A DNA stretch of 64,000 nucleotides from Centruroides vittatus (Eukaryota): positions 5,738,248 through 5,802,247 of the forward strand of contig NW_027122708.1 of assembly GCF_030686945.1 (NCBI RefSeq). Reading direction: 5' to 3'. A model generated the notes under the pieces. That model searched no databases, was not told where the DNA came from, and saw only the letters and a program-made list of their open reading frames with translations. The translations under genes and the position numbers were made by a program. Below, one piece after another: positions 49,856 through 63,078 of this stretch (within the stretch, counting starts at the first letter, position 1; each line of letters begins with the position of its first letter).

Positions 49856-50029
49856 ACACTTACGTAAAACCAGATAACCGGAGTGATCAGTATTCTGGGC
49901 TCTTCTAGGCTCTTCTTCAGGCTTAGTAGTAATCTTACTACTAAGCCTGAAGAAGAGCCTAGAAGAGGCTACGAAAACGTTTGCGACCCGAATACTGATC
50001 ACTCCGGTTATCTGGTTTTACGTAAGTGT
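49856..50029. repeat. Hairpin repeat family A, second copy (near-perfect 174 bp hairpin)
   Basis: acacttacgtaaaaccagataaccggagtg...cactccggttatctggttttacgtaagtgt. Shares terminal and internal motifs (ggctcttcttcaggc, ctacgaaaacgtt) with 4470..4782. Confidence 0.55.
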
Positions 50030-51043
50030 ATTTTTTTATTGAATCACCGGTGTGTAAGGAAGATGGAGTAAGAATTTTAAATTATTGTTTAGATTTTTTA
50101 ATTCAATAAATACTTCATATATTTCTTGTAGTAGAGATCTAAGTAATAAAAGTAGACTAATATTATTGTGAGAATCCAGAATAATTTAAAGTTATCAAGA
50201 ATTTGTTAAAATATTAAATTGATGTTGAAATTAACAATTTCTGTCAAATTCGTGGGAAGGAAAGTAAAACTTCCTTTGGAAGAGATGTTATTGCACATCT
50301 CCGACAAACATCTGTCCATTTTCGTCAGAAATAATATCCCATCAGATGTTACGAATACTAAAACCCAATTGGAGAAAAATTTAGAATAAAAAGGGAGAGA
50401 AATTTAGAATAAAAAGGGAGAGAAATCATAATCTCTGGGCAGCAACCAAAAGTTACACGGACTGTCAAAGAAAAAGGCAGCAGTCGAGGGAGGGAACAAA
50501 CACTGCCACATGAAAGTGTGGATGCCAGAAAGAGTATATAGTCCTGCTCTCCATCATCTGTCTCTCATTCTTTAGCCATCTCCATATCAGAAGAGAAGCT
50601 CTATGCATCGAACTAGACTAAATACACTTGTCTAGACAGAGATATTAATATATATTATTGTAAACTCTCTCTTGGTGCTTAGAAGTGTATAGAGTTGATG
50701 ATCGATTTAGCGAGAGATTATTTCTTTATGTAGTTTTATTTTCATATTCATTAAATTTTATTTGTTATTTGTTAATCTACCTGCCTGTTCTTTTGTTTAA
50801 ATGGATACAAATCAAACATACCAATGACTCTCCCCGCTCAACTATTAGCCCTCCTAAAATGCTATCCAGTGACCCAGTGAGTAGAACTAACCGTTCTGAC
50901 AATTAGAGGGTTTACCCTTGCCACATTCTCATGTTATGTTTAAAAGTTTATGTAAACTTATCAAATATTCATGTATATCTTTAAATTGAAAAAGTAAATT
51001 AATTCTATTCCTATATACAGCATTATTAAAAATATTAACTTAC

Positions 51044-51227
51044 ATATCTTCAGTAAGTCGAAGAAATCCATGTAAAGTTCTTAACAAGGCAGAAAATTTT
51101 AAAGGAACAAATATATCTTCTGGTTTCAAATTTCGTATTATGGTTAAAAACTCTTCAAAAGATGAATTAATATTTAATATACGATTAAAAATGCTTATTA
51201 GAGCATGAAGTTCAAATTCATCTAAAC
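51044..51227 (-). CDS. NACHT-WD40 gene exon (G-LDEFELHALISIFNRILNINSSFEEFLTIIRNLKPEDIFVPLKFSALLRTLHGFLRLTED)
   Basis: Acceptor attacag| and donor AT|gtaagtt. 184 nt, with phase consistent on both sides. Confidence 0.65.
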
Positions 51228-51314
51228 CTGTAATATATAAAGCAATACAAGATATTGCAAAATATTAATTTATATAAAATAAATTTTATCTAATAAATCA
51301 CAAACATATTTTAC

Positions 51315-51447
51315 CTTCAGGAGATATTGAAATTAAACATAAAGCAATACAAACAATATTCTTGCCATGAATATTATCCAACTGTTTCAAAATCTCTCTC
51401 AGTAATAAATATAATGTTTGAGGATATCGTTGAAGTTTAGAAGTTAA
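51315..51447 (-). CDS. NACHT-WD40 gene exon (LTSKLQRYPQTLYLLLREILKQLDNIHGKNIVCIALCLISISPE)
   Basis: Acceptor ttttttttag| and donor GAAG|gtaaaa. Phase 0 at the start and +1 at the end. Confidence 0.6.
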
Positions 51448-51479
51448 CTAAAAAAAAATTTATTTTAATACAATTTTTT

Positions 51480-51600
51480 AAACACACACACACACATTAT
51501 TATTATATATAATAAATAATAATAATAATATAAATAAATAAATAAATAAATAAATAAATATATATATATATACATACACACACACACACACATATATATT
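51480..51600. repeat. Compound microsatellite (AC)n(ATT)n(AAAT)n(AT)n(AC)n
   Basis: Visible runs acacacacacac, aataataataata, aaataaataaataaataaat, atatatatat and cacacacacacaca. A second (AC)n(AT)n lies at 52530..52570. Confidence 0.85.
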
Positions 51601-52535
51601 AAATTTTCATAAAATATGTAAACTAGAAAAATATAAATTTTCTATTTAAGCAGCTACATCATTAAAAAATTCTGTTAATTGCTACAACTAACCTAAAATT
51701 AACTTCTACCAAAATTATTATTATTGAATAAATAATGCGAAACAGTAAAAAATGTATTTCCATTACAGACTATTGAAATTTAGCCTTGATTTTTTACATA
51801 TATTTTCCAATGTCTTTATTATATCAAAAGTTTTCTTTTTTCAACTCAAAAGCAATTGAGAATCATTTTATTTAGTTACATTGTATACATAAAACATCTA
51901 TACACTAGGAAACTAACAAATTAATTAATTACTTTTTATCAACAATTGTCTTCTCTGTTAATTATATTATTTATCATTAGAAATATTTGTAAAATCATTT
52001 TTAGAAACTAAAATCTGTTTTAAAAAATTTTCTAATCATTATTGAATATGCCAGTCAATAATTTTATCTTTCAATGTATAATTTAAATATTGTGTAACAT
52101 AATTGATGTAATTGAATATTTATTCAGAGTTTATTTAAATAATTAATACTATTATGAAAAAGTTTGCTCATAAATTTATCATTATAAGTATAAAAAATCA
52201 TAACCAAAAACAGGAGTAGAAAATAAAGCAAAATTTGTTTAAAAAATAAAACATTAGCTTTAAACAATCAACTGAACAATTTAGATAATTAATGTTAAAT
52301 TCCTCGAACTGATAAATTTATGTATATTTTAGTATCTATAAAAACTACCCTTTATCAAAAATATTAATAAAGAGTCAAAATGAAATGTCACTGTAATTTA
52401 AACTTTAATACATTATTATTATTTTAATATGTTCCATAAAAAAACTCTATTGAACTTAATTTAATAGTTTTATTGATTTAGTTGCAAGAATTTCATAATG
52501 TGTAACCAACAAAACATTTATATTTAAAAAAAAAA

Positions 52536-52570
<35 letters not shown>

Positions 52571-53196
52571 GGTCTACCAAAAAGAATGCTATCATTTTAA
52601 ATTATTGTAATTATGTGAATTATTGTCTGAGAATGTTGTAACATACACTAAAACTATCCGTGTTTAATATTTGTCCATTACAATTTCTCAATGTGTGCAA
52701 CTTGTGTCACATGGCACATACCTAACTGATACTCAAATTCTTCCTAAGCTCTACATCAAATCTATTGTTACTCTTCTCACAGCTTATTGCAACAATTCTA
52801 CAGCTGCTGCAGATTATTCATGTTGCACAATGATAAGTGATTCTGACTTTGAGAATCTGTGAAAAACAAAATGCCTTCTTTATTGTGGAGTAACCATTTT
52901 TGTTTATGATAGTTCCTAGAGGCAGTAGACAACAACATATTTGAATGCAAATGGGAGATGAAACTCGAACAGTTAACTTTATCAATCGATGTACATTGCA
53001 TACTTCTTGGGTAATAATTTAACATAACTACAGTAATTTAAAATAATACATTCTTTTTGAAAGACCCTGTATAATATTTTATTAATAACTAACTATAGAT
53101 TTTAATAAAATGAATTTAATATCTATATATTTTTATGACATCAATTACTTTTTAATATAATTTAAAAATTTTAATTTATTATAATATGATACTTAC

Positions 53197-53481
53197 ATTT
53201 TCATATTGGCCAAAACTTTTAAGTTCTTCACAAGCAATATGTAAAAATAATGGAATACCTGCTTCTCTTTTACTGATCAACATTAAAAGTTGATTATTAA
53301 ATGGACTAGTATCAAGAGTTTTTCGGAAAGGAAGAAGATCATTATTCACAATTTTCTCTCTATCTGACATAACTAAAGCTGCTAATTCAAACTTATAAAT
53401 ATTCTTTTGATATTTTAACCTTTCGGACAATATTTTATATGTAAATGAATCTGTTGCTGTACTGAGAATAATTTTCACACC
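53197..53481 (-). CDS. NACHT-WD40 gene exon (GVKIILSTATDSFTYKILSERLKYQ...GIPLFLHIACEELKSFGQYEN)
   Basis: Anchored to ORF 53179..53478. Acceptor aattttag| and donor AAT|gtaagt. The GVKIILSTAT motif follows Walker B as in NACHT/NB-ARC domains. Confidence 0.7.
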
Positions 53482-53799
53482 CTAAAATTAAATTATTTAA
53501 ATATATTTTTAAACCATAAAACATAAGTGAAAAACAATATATATAACACTAAAAATTATAAATTTTTTTTAAACCATATGTACTGTACATAGCTTTTTAT
53601 ATTCAAATCAAATTTTGAATATATTTGATTATATCAGATATAATGTGTATCAAAAGACATGATATAAATATATATAAGCATATTCTTTGAAACCTTTTAT
53701 TTTGCCTTTTAACTTTGTAAGAAACAAAAACATTCTTTGCAGATTTCTTTATGTCATACAAGATATTTGTATTTTGTCTCGGTAATTTTCTTGTCATAT

Positions 53800-54583
53800 T
53801 GTGGCCGTCAGCCATATTGTTTTCTTGTTTATTTTTTTGTTTTAGTTCATAAGTTGTAAATACATATATATGTTTTCTATCTTCCTTCTTCCTTCATTTC
53901 TATTCTCTTATTTCCGTTCCTTTCTTCTTTGTCTCAACAATCTAACCGTTGTCGCTGAAGGGCAGGATTACCCCTTCTAAGAACTAAGTGTGAACAAAAG
54001 AAGGCAAAGAAGCCCTGAAGTGAAGTGGTGGAACAAGGGACACTTTTTCTACTGGACCTCGAGAAGGACGGAAGTGTGAGCCAGCGATCGACCAGAAACG
54101 AGAAAAATCGAAAGGAGGCTGCAGGACCGTCGAGGCCAAAGGAATATACACACAAAACCTGGAGAGCACTGACGGAATCGAAAGAACGTCGAGGGTAAAG
54201 ACAGCCGGACAAGGAAAAAGAGAAAAACGGCTGCTATTGTGGAAGTATACTTCAGCGAAAATATTGATCAACGTAGACCCGGGTACCTTTTATCTGTTTC
54301 TATATACTTTCCATCTTTCCTAAATCTATCTGTTTCCCTTTCTTTTTTAGTTTTTAAGGTAGATATAAGTTTAGTTTTAAGTCGAGTGTAAAAATCTTAT
54401 GTTATGAGCGCGGGTGTAATTCTTTGCATGTGGCGACCCCCCTTCCTCAGTGAAGTTATTCCAGTTGGGATCTCCGTGTTCCGGAAGAGAAATAAAAGAG
54501 CTTTTAATTGTGTATCAGTCTCTGTGTTCATACTTGTAACGTGCATTCACAAGTTTACAAACTTCTCTCCACAAACAACCACA
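53800..54583 (+). mobile_element. Solo-LTR-like element, flanked by a 4-bp ATAT duplication
   Basis: atat at 53796-53799 and 54584-54587. Same family and orientation as 48181..48978. Confidence 0.6.
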
Positions 54584-55153
54584 ATATATTAGTCAAGCAA
54601 GAAATTTTTTAAGATATTTAGTACAAAATCAATGGTGAATTTTCATATTTTCACTGTAAAAATAAAATCTATTTGGAATTTAGAATAATCAGTTATAAAG
54701 TTTTTCATAGCAAAAGACAATAAAAACAAAAAAATGAAAATGGTACCTACTATAGATCTGAGATGATCCAATGTAATCAATTTCATCCTATGACAACACT
54801 AGTCATGCAATGGGGTCAATTATTTAAATAATAATAACAACTTACAAATAGTCAGCTTCACTGCTTGAATACGTCAAATTTGTGCAAAATAATACAATTA
54901 CTTCATTATTAACAATGTTTACAATTAATTCTATAGCTAATTAAAACAATTTCTATTATTTTGCATATAAAATTATAATAGCCAAAATTTGAGAGAGTAT
55001 GCTTATATATAATTATATCATGTCTTTATGATCTTCAAATTATGAATGCAATTATGTTAGTTTTTTATTGTTAGACTGCTACAAAAATAATAACTTAATA
55101 TATATGTTTTTTAAATTAATATAATTTTAATATATTATTAAATTTGTTTTTAC

Positions 55154-55301
55154 TGTTGGTAAATCAACAGGAAGCCAGTCAAGATCTTGAGAGTTGTTAT
55201 TCATCATCTGATCCAATCCATCAATAAAGATGATTAGCCTATTATGTGTTGATTCTTGTACTGCTACTTCAAGAATATCATGAAATATACTACATAAATT
55301 C
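55154..55301 (-). CDS. NACHT-WD40 gene exon carrying the Walker B motif (..NRLIIFIDGLDQMMNNNSQDLDWLPVDLPT)
   Basis: Acceptor ttttaaag| and donor ACA|gtaaaa. The hhhhDGhD Walker B lies about 75 residues after the P-loop, as expected for a NACHT domain. Confidence 0.7.
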
Positions 55302-57348
55302 CTTTAAAAAATAAAAGGAAAAATTAGATTAGACAAATCTATAATTACCATGACTTATTAACTTAAAATGATTGTTAAAAAACTGCATTTAATTCAAAAT
55401 GTTATCATTACTTCATAAACAAAATATATTTTTTTTAAGTGCAGAAAACGTTGATCAATTTTATTATAATTATTTTTAAAAGTCATTTATTTGATACAAT
55501 TTTATTTCATAAATTGTGTTTTTAACTTTGGATAAAGGTTAAAGACTTTTTTTAATTAAGTCCTGATTTTTAAATTTGTTAGTCACCTTTAACTTTATAA
55601 GTTAATTATATATTTAATTGATATAATTATTAAATAGAATGCTACAAGAAATTAAATTAAACATGCTATTAGAAAAAGTTAAAATTTAATCTTCTCTTCT
55701 AAAACATTGCTTTACTAATTATAATTTTATTATTAGCTTACATTAGGTACCACTTATTAAAATCAGATATCATTATCAGTTATCTAATATTACTGAATCA
55801 ACATGTCTGAAAATATATAAATTAAATAACATTACAAAATTTTTGCTTTTTATAATCATAACTTCACACACAATTATCATTGTGTTATTAATAATAAGTT
55901 TGAATTATTATATATTGTGATATCTAACCCCCCTGTAACAAGGTTTTTCCTTAATACAATAAAGCTTTTAAATAAATAAATAAAATTATAAAGTACAGTA
56001 CTTTGTGTTTTCACCACTTTTTAATATAAGATTATTTTAAAAATGGGAATAGGAAAAATTAACATAATAATAAACATATAGTCAAATATGTATATATGAA
56101 ATAAATATTGAATTTATCGTATTTATTTAGGAGAATATAATAATGGATTTTATATGACTTTCATAAAAGTTTATCTTCTTGCAAAGAACACTTTTACGAT
56201 TATAATAGACTGTAACAGAATGTAATGATGTTATTTATCATGATAAAAATATGATTATATTTGTAATAATGTAATAAGGATAGAGTAATAGATTTTGCTT
56301 GAAATTCTTATAAATCTGATCTGAAAGCGAAAGCTAGAAGGAAGAGGAACAGTATGATAACTTACATTTATGTTTAAAGGTTGAATGACTTTTGAAGTTA
56401 GATGTATGATTGAAAAAATACAAGTTTTTTTCTCTGGTTTTTGTGGTACAAAGATAAGTTTTTTGTAAAGTAATCCTATGGAGATTTGTGGAAAAGACCA
56501 TTCTTGCTTGTCGATGACCATTCTTGCTTGAACACTTTCGTTTTCAACCTTGAGACTGTTGAACCAATTATGATGTTATTCGATTGGACTTTGTTACTCA
56601 GATCTAAACCTCTTAATATCATCCATAAATCCTATCTAAAGCTACAACTCAATTCAATTAAAATCATTAAAAAAAAAATAATAAGTTTGAATTTACATAA
56701 ATGGTTAACAACAGTCGGTTAAAAAAATAGATGATAACAATTGTAAGTCGAGTCATTTCAATAAAAGTGTTACCATAACCATCAGAATCAATTTAAATTA
56801 AATTATCCAATCATATAAGATGTTTACTCTTAATACATTAAATGGTTGTTCTAATCTTGTACTCTACATTGTACACAGTACTACAATTTAAATTTCTATT
56901 TTTGACATTTGTTACTTCATTTATAGGCTATCTGTTTGCTGTTTGTTGAAGACTGATCTTCAATACTGTTTAATTAAAGAACAATACTAGATTGTATCTC
57001 TTAGCATAATAGAAGAAGCAAGTAAGAAAAGCAATTCCCAAAAGCAAAATTGTTGTACAATTGAAAAATTTCACAGTAAGTTTTGTACAAGATTTCAAAA
57101 ATCAAAGTGAACCATTGAAATGACAGTAGGACAAAATGAGAACCTAATTTGCAAGAGAATCAAACTGGAAAAGATGGTAAAGTTGAGTTAGCATTGAAGC
57201 TTTGCTTTATTAATGTTAATGAAAAAAATATACCTGAAAATGAGCTACTAATGTATCATAAAGCATATGATTAGCTAAAAATATGGAAAAGAAAAATTTT
57301 ATTCTAACTGTTGAGTGGCTTAACCAGTGAAGAAAATGAGAGAATATT

Positions 57349-57870
57349 GTGTACAGACAGATTCATGGTGAAGTGAAAAATTCTAATTCTGCATTAGCTG
57401 AGTTGTGGATAAAGCCAGAATGGCCAGAAATTATTGATGAATATTCTTTGAGAAATTCTACAAATTTGCCCAAAAGTTTGGATAACTCAACCTCCTCTCC
57501 CCTCCTCAAAGTGTCTCATATGCCCATGTTTGTTGGAAGACAACTGTAAAGCATATTTATGTGTTAATAATGTGTCATTAAAAAACGTTAAAATAATATT
57601 CCTTTCTGCAAATACAACATCACTGATTTAGTCATGCAACCAAGGAATCATATCTACCTTAAAGGAATACTATAAAAGTGAAATGTATGTAAGAATTTTA
57701 GGAGAAGTAAATGATAATCAAAGACAGATTGGTAAGACTTCTATTGCCAAAAGAATTTTCCTACTTGATGCATTATATCTTTGGGTAATGTTGTGGGATC
57801 AAGTGTTTGAGTAGACCATTAAGAATTGTTTTAAAAAGTGTGTTTTTAAAAATAGGTTCAGAAACATCTG
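57349..57870 (+). pseudogene. pogo/Tigger-like DDE transposase C-terminal fragment
   Basis: LPKSLDNSTSSPLLKV (like LPPNTTSxLQPxD) followed by NQGIISTLKEYYKSEMYVRIL..IAKRIFLLDALYLWVMLWDQV..IKNCFKKCVF. These match the pogo motifs DQGVI..LKxxYRK.. and IRNCFRKAGF. Frameshifts and stops are present. Confidence 0.45.
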
Positions 57871-59213
57871 AAAATGAAGCTGTTATCTGTTGAAGAGAAG
57901 ATACTAAATAACATGCCAGAGAATATGTCAAAAGAAAAGTTTAAAAACCAATTGACAGGGAAAACCCAGTGGCTGCTATGATGACATCAGAAATATACTA
58001 AATTGTTATCAAAGAAGGTTCTGGAGAATTATCTGATACAAGTAAAAAAAAAAAATCAACATAAAAATAGCCTAGATCTTCAACAAATACTCAAATGCAA
58101 GAAGTTCGAAAAGTGTTGCATTGTTATATACAGTACCTATAGATGTGTTGAGTTTTGTAAAGCACTATGAATATGTTTTTTTTTATTAATGAAATATTGC
58201 CAAAAAACAGCTGGCAAATAAATGCTGGATATTCAAGTAATCTTATTATAATTAATAAATTTAATAACTAACTTAAAAGTTTATTTTTAAACATTTTTAA
58301 TTGTTTTAACAATTTTTTAAATTATCTGATTCAATGAAACTAGAATTTCCATTTATTGTGGTCATATTACTTTCACTACACAATGTTTTCACTTTATCAT
58401 TGTTATCAGTACACGTTAATCCTATAGTAATTAACTTAGTAGTACCTAATGTGTTATTATTTTAAGTATTTCTTCATGATCGGTGAGATTTGATTATACA
58501 TTTAAATAAATTTAAATAGCCAAATTGTTTACAAGCTATTTTATTTTAAGGTTAAATATGATCAGATTATTATGAAAATTTTCAATATAAATAAACAATG
58601 TTGTTATCTTTTAAGAAATTTAATAATGAGACTCCATTTTTACATAATAAATAATTTAGAAACATTTATAAGGAAAACATCTTATATATCTGTTGGGCAT
58701 GCAGAAATTAAAAGTTCAAATCTGACTATATGATCCTGGAAAACATTCCAGGAGTTTCTACATTTTTGAATTTAAGAGTATTTCTATTATTAAATTTCTT
58801 TTACAATGTTATGAAACCATCTTTTTTTAAAATTATATAATTTAAATTTTGCCTTTCAGAAATGTATTAAGTTTATTCAAACTATTATCTAAATTATATG
58901 ATAAACCAAACAGCTAGATTAAATATAATCACATAATTTAAGCTATGGTTTAAATAAACTTTTTCGCCTTTCAGAAATTAAAAGAGAAATATAAAAATTC
59001 TCTGATCAAATAATTATTTATAATTAAATATCTAGCTATCATCAACAGCTTTTACATTAATATTAAAAGATTATGATAATTAATCTTCTTTATTTTATAA
59101 GATTGTGTATTAATTCCTTTTCAAAGAAAATTTAAAATTATTTTAAAAAATAAAACAGTAAACTATTACTTTATTATAAAACTTTGAAAATAAAAAATAC
59201 TTGTTTTACTTAC

Positions 59214-59368
59214 TCTAATTTATTAGGAATTTGAAATTTTATGGAAAAGTAATTAGAAATAGAAGTAAGTAAATCATATAGCAAATTATGAAGATAAAAA
59301 GATCTTGAATCAATTCCAACAAAATAAGGAAAGACTGGTTGCAGTTGATTTACTTTACAAAGTTCAGC
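59214..59368 (-). CDS. NACHT-WD40 gene exon (AELCKVNQLQPVFPYFVGIDSRSFYLHNLLYDLLTSISNYFSIKFQIPNKL)
   Basis: Acceptor ttttag| and donor GA|gtaagt. 155 nt, phase 0 at the start and +2 at the end, which joins exactly to the next exon. Confidence 0.6.
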
Positions 59369-59789
59369 CTAAAATTGAAAATAAATCATGATGTAATATT
59401 TTTATTGTAATTTAAAGATTTAATAAGCTTAAAACTATTTAATGGTGTCGGAAATTGCTTTAATTTAAAATTATATAAAATACGAGAAAAAACTCTCAGC
59501 CTCTTCAAACTTCAGATGATGATTAAAAAAACATTCAAACAATACTTAAATCAAGACAAGGTTATTTTAATTCCTACACATCACACAATTTAAGTTACCT
59601 ATAAAATGCATTTTGCCAAAGTGACAATGCTTTGACATCATCTGTGATAATACAATTCTATCTGTGTGCAGTGTATTTATTGTTTACAAATTATCCCAAC
59701 ATGCAACAACATTAATGCCATTATTTAAATTAATATTATTTATAATTTTCTTATTTATTATTGGAAATGTTCTTTAATTTTCTTTTAGT

Positions 59790-60044
59790 AGTAGCGAGGT
59801 TGAGGCCAAAGTTTGAAATGCAAAAATGTGTACGCCAGACTGGACGTCTGGCGTACACATTTCTTGGTGTTTGGTGCCGCTTTCTTGTAAGCCTAGAAGT
59901 TTAACAATGACATTTGGAATGTTGAGCATGATTCCACTGACTTTCCAAACACCATTGTCAAACTTCTAGGCTTATAGGAAAGCGGCACTGAACGTCCGAC
60001 ACACATGTTTCGCGTTTAAAACTTCAGCCTCAACCTCGCTAGTA
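59790..60044. mobile_element. Hairpin MITE (255 bp near-perfect foldback) inserted into a PLE GIY-YIG remnant
   Basis: tagcgaggttgaggccaaag...gtacgccagactggacgtctggcgtac...gcctcaacctcgctagta. Confidence 0.5.
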
Positions 60045-60275
60045 TTTTTCTTCAAGCAAAATTTTATATTGTCTGTATTGATATTACACTTTACTTCACT
60101 ACAATGTAAATACCATGGTGATGTCATAATACCTAATCTGATAGCTGCTTGATGCTCTTTTAATCTTTTTTCAAGCAGTTGTTTCATTTCTCCTATATAA
60201 TATTTAGTTTAATTTTCACAAGTACAAAATATCTTGTAAACTATTCCAGCTGTTTTAACCTTCCTTACTTGTTTT
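60045..60275 (-). pseudogene. PLE GIY-YIG endonuclease remnant (GIVYKIFCTCEN..YIGEMKQLLEKRLKEHQAAIRLG)
   Basis: GIYxIxCxC ... YIGE ... R..EH..AI spacing is present, with a stop inside the remnant. The 3' side is interrupted by the hairpin MITE. Confidence 0.45.
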
Positions 60276-60464
60276 TCATGTAGTAATCTTGATACTCTAT
60301 TCTCTTTGAGAAGAAGCCGAAGTTAGAGAAAATTTATTAAATTCACTCTATTTTTCAAATAAACCTTTTATATATGGAAACTGGAAATATTAAAAAGACT
60401 GTTTCACTTTAACTTTATGTAAAACACACACATAATACCAATTTTTTAAAATTGTATTATTAAG

Positions 60465-60853
60465 CTGCAGTTTGAAAAAACTGTAGACCTATAAATTCCC
60501 ACTGTTATCCATCCATCTTTCCTTAATCTCAAGAACAGTGTTAGATAAATGAAATTCAAGAACAGATATGAAAAACATAGGGGCAGAAGGACCCAGTTGA
60601 CTATATATGAACTTCCAATGCAAACCAGAAGTCACATTATTTCAATTAAAAAATTTCTCCTGAATGGAGCTAGACAGATGACCAGCACAACTCCATTGCA
60701 TACGTAAAAGTATGATATACAGGGGTAAGACATTACAGTACTAATTTGAGATGGAGAACATACATTTTAAATTAAATAAATTAAAAAATATGATTAAAAC
60801 TTGCAGGTCAGCATTGTGATAATGTCACAACAAATAATTGCTTATTACTATTT
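60465..60853 (+). repeat. Dispersed repeat family B, copy 2
   Basis: Homologous to 17503..17893. Confidence 0.6.
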
Positions 60854-61127
60854 TAAGTTCTGATGGGGTAAGGTAAAGTAGAATGGTAAAATGATAAACA
60901 CTTCAATAAGGTTGAAATAAAGGAAATTGTATTTAAATAAACAAAATGCCCACAGAAGCATCTACATATCTTAGTGCATGAATGAAGTACAAAAAGGGTG
61001 TGTTTGTGAAGAACTACAGTGCCACGAAGTGGAGCAAAGATACAAAACTTAAAATAAAACAACATATAAAGTAAACATTTAATATATATTTTTTTATATC
61101 AAATTTTCAAAACAATCTGATATTTAC

Positions 61128-61304
61128 CATTACTGCAGTTTTTCCATAACCAGATTTTCCAGTAATAAGGAATAAACCACTTTTACTTAAAATATTATCC
61201 ACACAATTTTTAACAAAAGAATCTCTTCCTTCAATTTGATGAAATGCTTCAGCATATGAAGTATGCAGAACTGATAATCTTTGGTCAGAATATGAAATTT
61301 CATC
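61128..61304 (-). CDS. NACHT-WD40 gene exon carrying the Walker A P-loop (DEISYSDQRLSV...SGLFLITGKSGYGKTAVM)
   Basis: Anchored to ORF 61107..61346. Acceptor tttacag| and donor ATG|gtaaat. GxxGxGKT P-loop present. Confidence 0.7.
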
Positions 61305-62775
61305 CTGTAAATATGAAAAAAAATACTGAAAAATTTTCAATTTCATTTTTGTTTCTGTAATTTTCAGATATTAAAACTTATTTCTGAATCAAAGAATATT
61401 ATAAACATTGATTTATAAAAACCAAAATAGTTGTTGTTACTGCTTAAAATCACTGAAGTTAGTATTTTTATGTTCTTTAGTATTCAATTATTATAATTTC
61501 TCTTAATTTTGTTTTAAATTCTGATTAAGTTGAAGTTATCTCTGCTAAAACTGCAATATAACATGGTTTATAATCAAAGTACTAAGCATTAAAACTGATT
61601 TTAATTTAAAATGTTACGTTTAATACACAAGTTTTTCATTAACTGAATTTTGATCACATTTAAATTTTAATCCATTTTAAAATTATAAAATATAAATTAA
61701 TTAATACTAAAACCTATTCTGTACACAATAAATTTATTATTTTATTATGGTAATTTAACTAACAGATGAAATCCTCTTATTAAACATTTCAATAAACTTC
61801 TAAAATTTATTAAAAAATTGTATTTCTTGTTTATAAGAAATATTTTAACATAAGAAATTTCAGAAAGTTTCATTCATTAATTTTCTGTGTAATCGAGTGG
61901 ATGAATTTAACATTTTCCCCATAAATTTCTTTTAACTTCCAACCACTATTGTGGACTTTAGTTTTATGGTCGAAATTTAAAAAAAAAAAGCTTAAATTTT
62001 AAATACAATTCAGTTCTATTATAAATTTGTCTATAAAATTATTTTAATATAAACAGTGTTGGAAATAATCAGTATGAGAGGAAGTAAATCAAATATAAAA
62101 GTGAAAGGTATTTATTTCATCATAAAATCTAAATAATACAAAACTCTAAATGATGGATTTTGATTTCTAAACTTTTATTATTTTTAAGTATTTCAAATTT
62201 TCTGAAAAAATACAAGACCATATTATTTATTAGAAATAATATAAATAATAAACATAATAAAATGAATCAAAATCACATCAAAATATTTTTAAAATTATTC
62301 AGGATAAAAAGTAAGTAAAAATGTCTTGAATTATAAAAATATCTTTGTTAATAAATATATTGTTTATTACATTTGTGTAACTAAAAATAAATAAAAATTA
62401 ATATCGTTTTAATAATTTAATAAACATATTCATAAAAATAATACTATACTATGTGAATTTCTAATTAACACACAAAAAAATTATAAATTCAAGTTTTTGG
62501 CCAAATTACTTAACGAACCTTTAATAGTGGAATTTATTTTTTTAAAAATAAAAAAAGTGCTTACATTTTCAACCATTCTCCAGCACAAACAGTCAAAAGA
62601 TGATTATTCACAGCATTCATCTTTTGACCAGCTTTGCCCATTTACTGTATTGGAAATGTTAGAGCACTTTTCTAAAAATCCCACTGTTAAAGGTGCATTA
62701 AGTAATTCAGAAACATTCCACAGTAACTACTACATCATCTTCAAGTTTTTATATTAATTTTCAAAATTCAATTAC

Positions 62776-62893
62776 CTTTTTATAATATTTACATAAGGAA
62801 TTCCATAAATTTTCTAGAACTCTTTGCCCAAATTCTTCTAAACCAGCAACAACTGGTTCCTCATTAACTACTCCACCCCAATAACATGGATAG
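62776..62893 (-). CDS. NACHT-WD40 gene exon (YPCYWGGVVNEEPVVAGLEEFGQRVLENLWNSLCKYYKK)
   Basis: Acceptor ttttaag| and donor AAG|gtaatt. Phase continuous with the previous exon. Confidence 0.55.
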
Positions 62894-62964
62894 CTTAAAA
62901 ATATATTAATTTCAATTGTTTTGAAAATAAAAAGTATGTTTCAATAATCACAAAAACTTCTTAC

Positions 62965-63078
62965 TTATTAAAAACTTCAAGACCACTTTCTTTAATTCTT
63001 TGTTTCAAATTCTCCATTTTAATATGATTAGATTCACTCTCTGATACAAAATTATCTTTCCATTTTTCAGGAATTTGG
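62965..63078 (-). CDS. NACHT-WD40 gene exon (QIPEKWKDNFVSESESNHIKMENLKQRIKESGLEVFN)
   Basis: Acceptor tttcag| and donor |gtaaga. Anchored to ORF 62961..63167. Its phase (+1 at the start, +2 at the end) fits the neighbouring exons. Confidence 0.5.

Noticed and set aside
48181-54583. A full-length LTR retrotransposon bounded by the two direct ~790 bp repeats
   Set aside because: The outer TSDs do not match each other (ATAC on the left, ATAT on the right), whereas each repeat has its own matching TSD. There are no gag-pol ORFs, PBS or PPT between them. The interval instead contains three phase-consistent host exons (53197..53481, 51315..51447, 51044..51227). The better interpretation is two independent solo insertions.
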